Positions 20,049 through 31,245 of a DNA stretch of 39,515 bases are shown in pieces. The stretch comes from Nemertoderma westbladi (taxonomy: Eukaryota > Animalia > Xenacoelomorpha). Below the pieces are notes generated by a model that was not told the origin of the DNA, made no database searches, and worked only from the letters and a program-made list of their open reading frames with translations. A program made the translations under genes and the position numbers. The stretch's first letter is position 1; each line of letters starts with the position of its first letter. The stretch is from the NCBI GenBank assembly GCA_032718475.1, contig JAUCBJ010003031.1, positions 1 to 39,515 of the forward strand, written 5' to 3'.

Positions 20049-21778
20049 CTAGAAAGTATAGTTTCTATAGTTATATACTTTCGAGTTCACAAGCCTATTC
20101 ACCATTCCAAACATTAATTAATTAATTAACTTAACAAAACTTCATATGATTGAGAGTGTTCTCTCAAACAAAAGGACTGATGCTGTTTTACTTTTCAGAT
20201 ATCTACACTGGTCAACGTCCTTCGCATAGATGCAGCCTTATGATGTAGTACAGTAGACCTCTGACAATTATCAGCGTAAAAGCATTTTTAATAAATAAAT
20301 GTGACAATGTTTTTACTTTTCAGATTCAGATTTTTCGCACCCTAAAAGTATACTGGAAATCCGCAGACTGGTTAGCGTCCTCCCCATACAAACAGCCTAT
20401 GGTCAAGCATGCCTTTCCCAAGTATAAGCAAAAAAGCATTAGAAACAACGAAATGGGAGAAGGATTTCACTTGAGACATTTCACCCTCTAGTGGCAGACT
20501 GAGAAATTGCAGATTGGTCAGAGTTTTCCACAAACACGCAGTCTATGGTGTAGTAGACCTCTGACAAGTATCAGCCTAAAAGCATTAGAAACAACGAAAC
20601 GGGATAAGGTTTTCACTTTCAGACATTTCGCCCCCTAGCGGCCGAATGGAGAACTGCAGTTTGTTCGGCGTCTTACCTAGACACACACCCTATGGTGTAC
20701 TACACATCTGGCAAGTGTCAGCCTGAAATCATATTAATAACGAAATGGGATAAGGTTTTCACTTTCAGACATTTGGCCCCCAAGCGGTAGACTGGAGAAA
20801 TGGAGACTGGTTCTAGCTCCTCCCCAAACACGCAGTCTTGGTGTAGTAGACCTCTGCCAAGTATCAGCAAAAAAGCAGTATAAACAACGAAGTGGGTGAA
20901 GCTTTTCACTTTCAGACATTGCGCCCCCTACCGGCAGACAGAGGAATTTCAGATTATTCAGAGTTCTCTACAATCACGCAGTCTATGGTGTAGTCGACTT
21001 CTGCCAAGTATCAGCAAAAAAGCATTATAAACAACGAAATGGGATAAGGTTTTCACTTTCAGATATTTCTCCCCCTATCGGCAGACTGGGGAATTGCAGA
21101 TTGGTCAGCATCCTCCGAAAACACACAGCCTATGGTATAGTAGACCTCTGCCACAGATCTGCTAAAAGGTATTAATAATAACGAAATGGGAGAAGGTTTT
21201 CAGTTTCTGACATTTCGCCCCCTAGCGGCAGACTGGAGAACTGCAGATTGATCAGTGTTTTCCCAAACACACAGTCTATGGTCAGGAACGTATCTGCAAA
21301 GTATCATTTAGAACAGATTGAGTCTGTTGGTGCAACCGCTGTTATAGAGTTTTCTGCTGGTTGACAAATTTGGCTGAAAATGGTTATGGAATAATAGCCC
21401 AATTTGACCACAAATTCACATTCACACATAAATGAGGCATAAAATTCGCCTCGATATAACGACGTTTTGCGTCCATGTGCTCGGGGCAGTCTGCATCACG
21501 TAGATGCGCATCAAAAAGTAGCATAATAGTCGAGACCCAACATGTAGAGTGATAGAATGAACTGCTAGGCCTCCTGCGCTACCAGTACCAAATTCACGAA
21601 ATCTGCTTTCACGCAAACAAACGTGTAAAATAAGACTCGAGATAGCGAAAGTGCACGTGCTCGTGAGGAGAGCTTTCGTTCGATGTATCGCGAGCTCCGA
21701 TTGGTGCTTGTGTGTAGAAACGTATAGCTTGGACAGACAGACAGACAAACAAACACTCATGATATTTATATATATAGA
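20049..21778 (-). mobile_element. Complete non-autonomous Helitron copy B with internal 147-bp tandem array
   Basis: 5' end A|TCTATATATATAAA at 21778 followed by a (GTTT)(GTCT)n microsatellite. 3' hairpin GAAAGTATA/TATACTTTC (20052-60/20074-82) and terminal CTAG (20049-52). No TSD. Confidence 0.78.
20190..21290. repeat. 146-147 bp tandem repeat, ~7.5 diverged copies
   Basis: The TGTAGTAGACCTCTG anchor recurs at 20549, 20696, 20842, 20989 and ~21135. TTTTCACTTTCAGACATTT recurs with the same period. Confidence 0.92.
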
Positions 21779-22144
21779 TAGTGGGATAATTACGTGTATA
21801 GTATTGTTAAGATAAGTTTCTTAAACAATACTGTCTGACTGTACTTGTAATTTTCTCGCACTTTATTTTATAAATATTAATCGTTAAATTAAGTTTCACT
21901 TTTAATATGACACGTTTGTATTACTCATAAATGGAGTCTCGCGTCAATAATAAGATATTAATTATGGCTAGGAAATGAAGGGCTGCTAGTAAAGTGAATA
22001 TATTAATTGATATTGAATAAAGCACCGGCCAATATAAATAAGTTTAATAATAAAAACACTACAAACTCAACTGAATACGTAGAAAAGCACATTTGCTGCA
22101 ACAACAAAAAATACGTATTTATATTATTATATTTATTTGCAAAA

Positions 22145-22370
22145 AAGGGGTAGGTGTAAAACGCGGATCCGGATTCCAAAATTATCAATTTAGGGAAAGG
22201 AGCAGGTTACAGTGGCACGTTATTTTAACCAAACAATAAACTAAAGTCAATAGAACAGGTTATATATATTTTTGGGAGTTATAAAAATGTAAAAAAAATA
22301 GACTTCCGTAGGGACAATGTTAAATGTAGAATCCGGATCCCGATCCGCGTTTTACTCTGACCCCAAAAAA
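22145..22370. mobile_element. Small inverted-repeat element containing a partial copy (22181-22280) of the dispersed repeat family
   Basis: TAAAACGCGGATCCGGATTC (~22157-22176) is mirrored by GAATCCGGATCCCGATCCGCGTTTTA (~22329-22354). AATTTAGGGAAAGGAGCAGGTTACAGTGGCACG lies between the arms. Confidence 0.55.
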
Positions 22371-22521
22371 ATAATGAATATGAATATTATTTGCAAAGAA
22401 AGTGGATATTATAATATATGGCAGAACAGGGGGATAATAGATACGATAAAATTATTACAACCAAACAAATTCGACAGATATTATATTATGATTGCAACAA
22501 AACAAATCCAACACACGTATG

Positions 22522-22567
22522 TATATGGCATACATTTAGTATTTTAATACTAAATGTATGCCATATA
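22522..22567. repeat. Perfect 22-bp palindrome; collapsed relative of the 15741-16887 foldback element
   Basis: TATATGGCATACATTTAGTATT-tt-AATACTAAATGTATGCCATATA. The arm matches the foldback TIR segment TATGGCATACTTTTAGTATT at 19/20 positions. Confidence 0.8.
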
Positions 22568-23203
22568 TGTAAAATAAGAACCAAACCTGTAAAACCCTTA
22601 AACATACATGATTGGCCAGTATTATGCTGCAATTCCTGAGACCCAGAATCGAAATAGCCCAAATCACTTGTGACGATCTTCTAAACTACAGTGTAGGCCT
22701 TTTAGCAGTCGGTTTTAGTAAGACTGGCCACCATGTCTGTTCGTTCAAACAAGGAACTGGCCCGGTTAACACATAGTACCGGGAATAACTTAAAATAATT
22801 TAAAAGCAAACGCTTGGCCAGTTTTAAAGTACATACCTGGAGCCTCGAATAAATATACAAGGACCAAAGCTAGCCGAACAAAAGCCAGGGACATAACATA
22901 CCAGGACAAATGGTAAGCGTAGGAAAGGTAAACGTAACAAGCACAAATGTGACCTGGACAAATGGTACCCTTATAATTATGTGTTTACATATTGACCCAT
23001 GTACAATTTGTCCCAGGTATCTTTCGTCCCAGCCACCTCTAATAACAGAAACATTTTGATCCAGGTTCCTTTGTAAAATATAGTACGAAAAAAGGAAAAT
23101 AATCCTAAATATATGGTATAGGCCCTACCCAACATAATAATGGCCTTTATATTTTAAGGCGATGTCTTATTGCTCCCAATTCTGAGATCGGTTTTGTTGC
23201 AAA

Positions 23204-23428
23204 TGGAGACAGGGGGGGGGGGGGGGACGTAAATCCCATATTGGCGAATTAATAACCGCCTCAATGTTAAATTCTCAATATAGGGAAAGGAGCAGGTTAC
23301 AGTGGCACGTATTTTAACCAAAACAATAAACTAAACACAATAGAACAGGTTAGTTTTATTCTTGAGAGTAATCATCTGTTATTTGCGTCGAATTTCCCCT
23401 GGAGAGGGATGAATTTTTATTGCGTCCA
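23204..23428 (+). repeat. Dispersed repeat family, copy 4
   Basis: TGGAGAC-polyG-ACGTAAATCCC...GGAAAGGAGCAGGTTACAGTGGCACG...ATTTGCGTCGAATTTCCCCTGGAGAGGGATGAATTTTTATTGCGTCCA. Confidence 0.85.
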
Positions 23429-23565
23429 TTTTTTGGGTTCGAAAATAAAGTGGGTGGGCTCCTAATATTAAAAAAAAGAACAAAAAAACAATAAGGAAGG
23501 TGGCCTGGTGGTGTAATAACAAATACATAAATCAAAATCATTGAATAACAAATATGAAACAAACT

Positions 23566-23682
23566 GACCGACCGACCGACCGACCGACCGACCGACCGAC
23601 CGACCGACCGACCGACCGACCGACCGACCGACCGACCGACCGACCGACCGACCGACCGACCGACCGACCGACCGACCGACCG
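23566..23682. repeat. (GACC)n microsatellite, ~29 perfect copies
   Basis: Read directly from the sequence. Confidence 0.98.
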
Positions 23683-24794
23683 CCGCTCTGGGAAGAAGTA
23701 TTTGATTAAATCATAAGGGATAAGTAAATTTATATCAATAAAGATAAAGGCAAATCAGTTTTAAAGCAGTGAATATCTTAAAACATACAAAAACGAGTGG
23801 TAAACGAATGATAATTAGTTAATACTTACACACTGAGGGTAAATGAATAATAGAGTAAAGAGAAAGTTTATCGAAGACCATAACAATAAATTAGTTGAGA
23901 GTTTAAAGAAAGTAACGAAATATTATAAGGACAATAATTAATTACGCTGAAGTAAAAATTGTCCGCAATCAGGTGATACAAAATAAATAATTTTATTGAG
24001 TGTGAGGATAATTTATTACACAGTACACTGGTGAGTAGAAGTTAAAAACAAGCGCGGGGGGACTTCGGTAGATAATGTGGGTAATGCGCTGGAGTTGGGA
24101 GGGTTTAAAGAGCTGGAAAAATAACATAAGAGCAGAAGTTGATGGGCAAACAAAATTTGTATGGGTATTTTAATAAGTTATACACATAACACACTCAATT
24201 ATAATGTATGGAACTGTAATTTGCACTGGTAGAGTTTCAACTGCCATCGAACTGCAGTACCGGTACGGATGTATCAAAATTGGCGGAAATAGAAACCACG
24301 AGAGAATAACAGAAAACAAAAATAGGAATAAATTAGGCTAATAAAATAAACCTTCATAATCCCGGAAACATTGAGGAATAGATCACTTAACTCCTCGTAT
24401 TGGTATTTATATCAAGAAGGTTACAAAATAGGATTCCACACAACGACAATTTGGTATGAACAATAATAGGAGGCACATACTCTTCACTTGGAGTCTCACA
24501 AATCATGGAACAATAATACATTTAAATTAAGAAACAAAATAGACACAAAACAGTGCGCTGATGTGTCCTAAACTAATTTAATTCATAGAGATCTCCGACT
24601 ATTACGTGGGAGCCGTGAGCATGAGGAGTGTATTAATTAATTTATAAACCTGATCCGCAGAGCCCCCCCCCCCCCCCCCCCTCCACTCGTAATTTTGATA
24701 CAAATCATAATAAGATTTCATGCATTGCACAATTGCGACCCGGACAATTGCGATCTTATTATAAGATTATGTACATTAACTCTGGTCGATTTTT

Positions 24795-25670
24795 ATGTAA
24801 CAGGGACCTAGATGCAGCCTTAACTGCATTCTTGGCCGCTGTAGTCTGTTTAAGTCGGGACCCTTTCTGCACCTTATAGAGGTCATTTTGGCATTTCTGA
24901 ATTTTGTGGTCAGTCCAGGGGGCATTTTTCCTGTTTCGAGGGTATACAGGAACTGTTTCTGCAGCTGCTAACTTAACTGCTTCTGTGAAGGCAGTATAGC
25001 CCTCGAAGTGATCTGCTGCCTCAGAGGCAAGAACCTCATACCTGTTGCTCAGCTGTAGTGTGAAGCTGGATCTCACACTTGGCTGTTGCAACAGAGAGGA
25101 CCAGTCATGCTGCGGCAAGGCAGATTTCGTTGTTCTGCTAGCACGCAGACTAAGTCTTACCTTGGCCACAATAAGGCGTGATCACTGGAGAAGGATCGAA
25201 GTGTAAATGCATTACAGTCTTGTATAGAGCTGCTGTGTTTCCTACGAAACAGGATATGGTCTATCTGGGACTTGTGACCACTGGGTCCACTATGAGTCCA
25301 TAGCTTTCCAGTTCGCTTCTTGAACTGGGTTCCAGCCAAAAACAATCCATTTCCAGAGATGAAATCCTGAAGATGGACGGAATTTCGGTTAACACTATTG
25401 CTATAGACCCAGGGCGATGTAGGTGATTGATGCAGACTTGCATTAAAGTCTCCCAGGAATGTTAAGGATACATGCTGATCCACCACATCAGTAGCTGCTT
25501 GTAGATTCTGGTAGAAATTTTCCACCTCCTCTACAGGGGCAACACTAGTTGGAGAGTAGCCCACAATCAGAACCACCTTAGGAAACTTCTTAGCCAGTCT
25601 TCCAGAACATGAGAAGTGGCAACGGATGATGCGGTTGGTGATTTGGTCTATTGTGTCAAATGAGCTGCAT
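24795..25670 (-). mobile_element. RTE-clade LINE fragment, AP-endonuclease domain, frameshifted
   Basis: VGYSPT...FY...LGDFNA...LWTH...QIDHIL...SDHALL, then a frame change at ~25165 into AKVRLSLR...F.LQLSNRYEVL...PW. Truncated at both ends. Confidence 0.85.
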
Positions 25671-27711
25671 GTGCAGTTGGATTCATCAATAGACCAATAC
25701 CACCATTACCACTATCATCTGCTGATGCGAGGGCGAGTCGCCAACCGCCCCCCATGTCCTTTTATTAAGACAATAGTCACAGTCAGTTTGGGTTGGGATT
25801 CCTATTTATTACTGGCAGCATTTCTGTTGTTTTGTACCTATAAGGACGAATAAATGCAATGTCCATGACTTATGGAGGGTTTTTATTTTGTTTGTTCAAC
25901 CTACTGCAACAAAAGATTGCACGTGGAAATAAAAATGTATGTATGTGTGTATGTATATGTTGTGTAACTTATATACCCAGAAAATAAATATGGAGCAAAC
26001 ACATCAGAAAGTTTATATGATTTTATGTGTATAATGTGATCTTTTAAGATTAGCAGAAAAATTTAGGGGGGACCAATGAACCACTTAACTATGTACGTAT
26101 GTATGATAGCACAAACCTGGCGACATGGCCTGGCCATTCAATTACTAAGTATACGATATTTAGACTACAAAACAATATTATGCGATTATAGTCACAAAAG
26201 TAACACTACGTGCCATGAGTGGGTTAGTAAGTAATTATCTCACAAAATGTGTTGCGCACGTAAAATCATTACTGCGTAAATAGCTGCACTTAGAAAATCT
26301 GCAATGTGTAAAAATGAGGATGAAATAATAAAACAATATAAATGCACAATAAAGTAAATATATAAGGTGTTCATTTAAATTTTACATAACTTTGATCGCT
26401 AACATCTCTTAATCAAATCTATTCTCTGTCAAAATTATTGTCCCTTCTGAAAGCGAATACTGGTACATTAATTACTTAATCTTTACAAAAGGTTTAGAAT
26501 TCCTATATTTCGATGGTATGGTCAGGTCGTACCTCCACTGCTGAAAATTGAAATTAAATTCAAATAATTTGAGTTTCTGTTTATTTATAGACACTAGACA
26601 GGGTCAGTATAGGCTACACTTTAAGTTTTTAGCTCTATTTCTTTTATCGCTATATTCCTGTACTGCTGTAGGTGAGTTGAATTTGTCGAATAGGAATTAA
26701 TTGCTGAGCTGAGCTGATATGATAATCATATTATATTCTTTGAATCTGGAAAAAATTATACGCTTTTTTCTTCCCAGGGGTTTTAAATGTTTAAAAAAAA
26801 TTAAAAAAGAATTTCAGTTTCACATTGCAATTTATGTCAATAATTTCAGTTTTGTAATGTTTCAGTTTGATAAATAATTTCAGCTATTTCAATTTAATTG
26901 AATTTCAGTTATAGTGTTCAGTACTAGTCACTCACTAGTTATGATTAATCATGATGAAATGGCAATTTTGTACGGTACTTCTTGGTCCACCTGATCTGCA
27001 GTCTATTCAATTAATCAGGTCAATATTTTCATTTAAATTGAATGGGTAAGTGTCTGAACGGTGGATACTGAAAGATCTGACCTAGGTTTATAACTGGTAG
27101 AATATTTTTCAGTATCAAACTAATTAATAAAATACTGAAAAACTTGAATGGTTAGGAAGATCATGAGTTAATCCGATGAAAACCTTGAATGACTCTTTGT
27201 AAATAATTAACCCAATCTAAAAAATACATCGCACTTGTTATTAAATCACTTATCGAATGTTTAAATGAAGATTAACCTTCTAATATGACATGACAAGTCA
27301 TATAACTATTTACTACAAGGCAACAAATCTAATTCAGAGCTTTATGCAATATTAAAGTTGATGAATCAGCTTTCAGATTCAGGAGAGACAAAAAGTAAAG
27401 ACCAAACTTGTAACGATCAAACTATAACGATCAAAGTACCGTAAAGTATAAATGAATAGCGTCCCATAGGGACCTCCGTAATAATGATACATATTCCAGA
27501 ACGTTAGGGGAATCATTACGGAGGAGAGGCATTTGTTGACAATTACAAGTCGTATAAATTGTTGACGATAAAATTTTAAATATATCACCGCCCTGCCCTA
27601 CCCAACAACACAACACTACATTCCCTTTGGCACAATGAAAATAGGAGTACTATAAATGAAATAAATATAAATAAGTGGTAAAAAAAGAGATAAGATAACG
27701 AAATGATTTGA

Positions 27712-30195
27712 TTAGACATCGGTATCGATCTCTAGATGTTCCTCCGACTCTACCGACAGTCGTAGACGATCCGACGTTACATATGCGGACGACAGAGGCA
27801 GAGGGGATACCAGAGGCTCGGGGAGTTTCAATGGTAGACTGGGTGACCTAGGAAACGGAATCTCTTCCGAAAGCGATTCGTGAATGGTGTCCCCTGTAGC
27901 GGTGTGGGACTGTCTGTGGGACTGGGAGCGGGACAGCGATGGGACACTGACACCTCGAAGAGACGCCAATCCCGATACGTCACGTACTTCCGTCGAGAGA
28001 GTCAAACTGGACAGCTCGGACACGCTGTCCAGTTTGGCTAACGGCGCCATTACCAAGTAGCTACGGGATCTATCGGGCGTCACTGGCATATTGACCACGC
28101 TATCGGCGACAACCACCGCACCGGGGGTCTGCCGACACTCGACCGCGTCCAACGCGTTCGCCACGTAGTCCGGCATGTGCTCGTCGATCATCGCGGGCGA
28201 GATAATCACCTTATCGAAGGAAGCGTTGTCGGCCCAGACGGCGGTGAACGTGGGGGTCTCCCGGATGCATCCGACCTTCCGGGGATGAGTGCGGAGGATG
28301 TGGATGATGCGACCTGGAGGGAACAACGTCTGGTTGCAACTCAACCGCGCGAGCCCCCCCAAACCGCTTGATCCGCTGTGCAGCGGCGTTGACAACCAGT
28401 TACTGGACTCGTCCTCCCCCCGCAACCTCAAGTCGGAACAGCAACAGAACAACCCGGAACTAATAACCTTCCACTTGGGATCCAACCCGCGCTTCATAAC
28501 GTCTAGAATATCGTAACGGAGATTCTCTAATTGCGCCAAACCGATTCGAACTACAACATCCTTCCCGACAACCACAGACGTTATAAACTTCTTTGTGTAG
28601 TAAACCAAAGGCTCGGAGATAAGGCCCCCGGGTGGGGAGTAAGCGTAGCATTGCAATGTGGGGTAGGTCTCCTTCATAAGAACGCTAAGCAAGGCAGCTG
28701 TCCCCGCTCCCAACGAATGCCCCACTATAACCACTCCGTATTGCTCCCCACTCCTTTCGATCCCTTTGGCGAACGCTTCGCTCAGTAACGACGCATTCTC
28801 CAAGTGCTTCTGCAGGTAGGTCGCCGCGTTAACCATACCCTTGTGGCCCAGCCAGGAGGCGTGTTTCCTAGGTAGCGGGAGCTCGATCCCAGTCGCGAGG
28901 ATGTCCGTGAGACAGTCCTGGAGCGAGAGAGTCCCGCGTATGGAGACGACCACCTTCCTGCGTCCGTGGTCCGCGAGCACCAGGAAGGAGGGCTCCCCGA
29001 TCCGGGAGTTAAACTTCGCGTAGATTATGTCAACGTCGGTGTCCTCTAGGACGTGGTGGAGTGCGGACATGTTGCAATGGCAGCAGTTGTCGTGGATGTT
29101 GGAAGACCTTGTTTTGCTTCCGGAGCACGGGATGCAGAAAATACAGCGGCAGCACTCGGATACAAGACGAGCGGCGGCGTCGCGTTTACGTGTCAGCGCG
29201 TAGAGCGGCCAGCCGTACGCCGCAACGGCAAACCGGAAGTAGTAGCGGACGTCCAGGAACTCCGAGACGACTTTAGGGTCGGAGAAGTTGAGAAAGTTGG
29301 TTCGACGGGATATCGGGATCCCGGAAAGGAAGCGGGTGAAGTCATTGGCGGGCGAGTCGACGATGAGTTGTCGGGAGGATTTCTGCTCGCGACGGAGTAG
29401 CATTAAACCCGCAACGATGTCCGACGGGACGATATCTAGTCCGCCGAAGAAGGAAGCGAAGAGTTGCGCGATCTCTTGGAAGGACTCGCGCTTGGTCTGG
29501 GAGTCCATCCGCGCGCAGCAGCACATCATACGGAAGCGTCGACGCCATCGCGCCTCATACAACCGCTGCTGTTCGAGGTACCGGAGTTGTCGACTCAGTC
29601 GATATCCCCGTTTAACCTCGTCAGCGGCCCCGAGGCTCAGGGATCTGCCCAGTATACGTTTATTGTTCTCTACGTAAAACGATCGTCCTGTTGTATCGAA
29701 TGTGCATAGAACCAGTGCTAGTAGAAGGAAGACAGAGATCCAGTTTGCGATTTCCACACCTAGAATAGGCCGAGATCTTTCTTTCAAAATCTCGTCCTTA
29801 CAGCTCTTGAAATACATTACGAACCAGACGAAACCGAGAACGAGCCAGCCTATCTGAAGTAACCACAGAGCGAACCGGGCGTACAGAATAGGTTTCATAA
29901 ATCTCCGCGGTTCCACAACCACTATAGTACCGCGGAGACTCACCCACACTATAGTGGCTTCCATCGCGACGCACAAGGCCAATATAACGTTGTAACCGAT
30001 GACATGGATGTAGAGACCATTGAGACACGAGGGGCCAACTGGATCGTTTAAATTAACATCGGGTATCAGATGACTTATAATAATACTTACCGAGGTCAGC
30101 CATGCTACGTGGAGGATGAGAAACAATAATCCCGGAACTACCATATCGTCGCTACCAAAAGTCCAGCGACGCCCGAAAATTACCATACCAGGCAT
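27712..30195 (-). CDS. DAGLA: Diacylglycerol lipase alpha (sn1-specific; 2-AG synthase / inaE family), 827 aa, intronless CDS
   Basis: N-terminus MPGMVIFGRRW..GSDD, four hydrophobic segments and DIVPSDIVAGL. Class-3 lipase core with RGTLS, WLGHKGM, GHSLGAG (Ser), GKD (Asp) and EHMP (His). Alpha-like segments FLSGIPISRRT, RIGLAQLE and VIISPAM, plus a long Ser/Pro-rich tail. Confidence 0.96.
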   Translation of the reverse strand: MPGMVIFGRRWTFGSDDMVVPGLLFLILHVAWLTSVSIIISHLIPDVNLNDPVGPSCLNGLYIHVIGYNVILALCVAMEATIVWVSLRGTIVVVEPRRFMKPILYARFALWLLQIGWLVLGFVWFVMYFKSCKDEILKERSRPILGVEIANWISVFLLLALVLCTFDTTGRSFYVENNKRILGRSLSLGAADEVKRGYRLSRQLRYLEQQRLYEARWRRRFRMMCCCARMDSQTKRESFQEIAQLFASFFGGLDIVPSDIVAGLMLLRREQKSSRQLIVDSPANDFTRFLSGIPISRRTNFLNFSDPKVVSEFLDVRYYFRFAVAAYGWPLYALTRKRDAAARLVSECCRCIFCIPCSGSKTRSSNIHDNCCHCNMSALHHVLEDTDVDIIYAKFNSRIGEPSFLVLADHGRRKVVVSIRGTLSLQDCLTDILATGIELPLPRKHASWLGHKGMVNAATYLQKHLENASLLSEAFAKGIERSGEQYGVVIVGHSLGAGTAALLSVLMKETYPTLQCYAYSPPGGLISEPLVYYTKKFITSVVVGKDVVVRIGLAQLENLRYDILDVMKRGLDPKWKVISSGLFCCCSDLRLRGEDESSNWLSTPLHSGSSGLGGLARLSCNQTLFPPGRIIHILRTHPRKVGCIRETPTFTAVWADNASFDKVIISPAMIDEHMPDYVANALDAVECRQTPGAVVVADSVVNMPVTPDRSRSYLVMAPLAKLDSVSELSSLTLSTEVRDVSGLASLRGVSVPSLSRSQSHRQSHTATGDTIHESLSEEIPFPRSPSLPLKLPEPLVSPLPLSSAYVTSDRLRLSVESEEHLEIDTDV

Positions 30196-31245
30196 TATTG
30201 TATTTTCAGATGTTCTTCCTGCTGTCCTGTATCTACCTCAAACCACACTGTGCACGGCCACATGCAGACAGGAGTCAGCCCAGCAGCTCTCAGCCAGAGA
30301 TATGATGGCTGGATGGGTCGATGGGTCGGGTCTGTTGTCAGTACGTGGGATGGATGACGGAAGACGGAACAGGGACACTCCAAATCCAAACAAACCGGGC
30401 AACGACTTGCTACATATTACTGTATTATATACATACACAGTAATACACTGACTGACTGATACAGTAATTAACAACGTACCGTAAAATGGGGCTACTTTGC
30501 CCAGTGGGGTAACTTTGCCCGATCTTTTCTTGGTCAATATAAACAGTATTTGCCACCAATTAATTAATTAATTAATTATTAATTTTTGTACAATTGTGTA
30601 GAACAATAATTGGAGATTATAAGAGTATACCGTTCAGCCGTTACAGTGATAATTATACACAATAATTTATTTATCATCGTGTTTATGTTGCTCATCAAAA
30701 ATGACAAAATTTTAACCTCCCAAACTTCAACTTGCAAAAATTATTTGTCAACCCCCCACACCATCAAATCAGTTTTATATCAAATTCACAGTTATTCAGC
30801 AATAATAAAATCAAAGCTTCAGTCCTCAACGATTAACCAACTTGATGTAAAATTTACTTTTATGCAATGACACCCAAATTTTATAAAAGGCGGACAACTT
30901 TACCCACCTTAACATTTAATACAATATAATACTTCCGTATGGGACTTGTTGGATGTTAGGCCTATATAGTAATTGTAGGTAAAGTAGGCCCTATGTATGG
31001 TTCTGTTTCTTGACAGCTTAATGTTTCAAATCTTTTCAAGGCCTACCGCCTACCTATACTGCCATACCGGGCTGACACATCGTTGATTGTGTATCTATAT
31101 TCTATGTACTGTGTGCACTGTTAGTTGTACTGCAGCAGTTGGTAAGTTGGTAGTATTTCTGTTAGGTGGTGCATATAGTAAGTAGAGTAAGTAAGTAGAG
31201 TGTGTAAGTAAGTAGCAGGCCCTTTGTCATTACAGCATTACAATA

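Noticed and set aside
30195-30389. Upstream ORF whose stop overlaps the DAGLA start (TAATG) as a reinitiation signal
   Set aside because: It has a non-ATG start and no evidence that the region is in the mRNA. TAATG is common by chance in AT-rich DNA.
28177-30451. Multiple antisense and alternate-frame ORFs overlapping DAGLA
   Set aside because: They are expected by-products of a GC-rich coding sequence and show no recognisable motifs.
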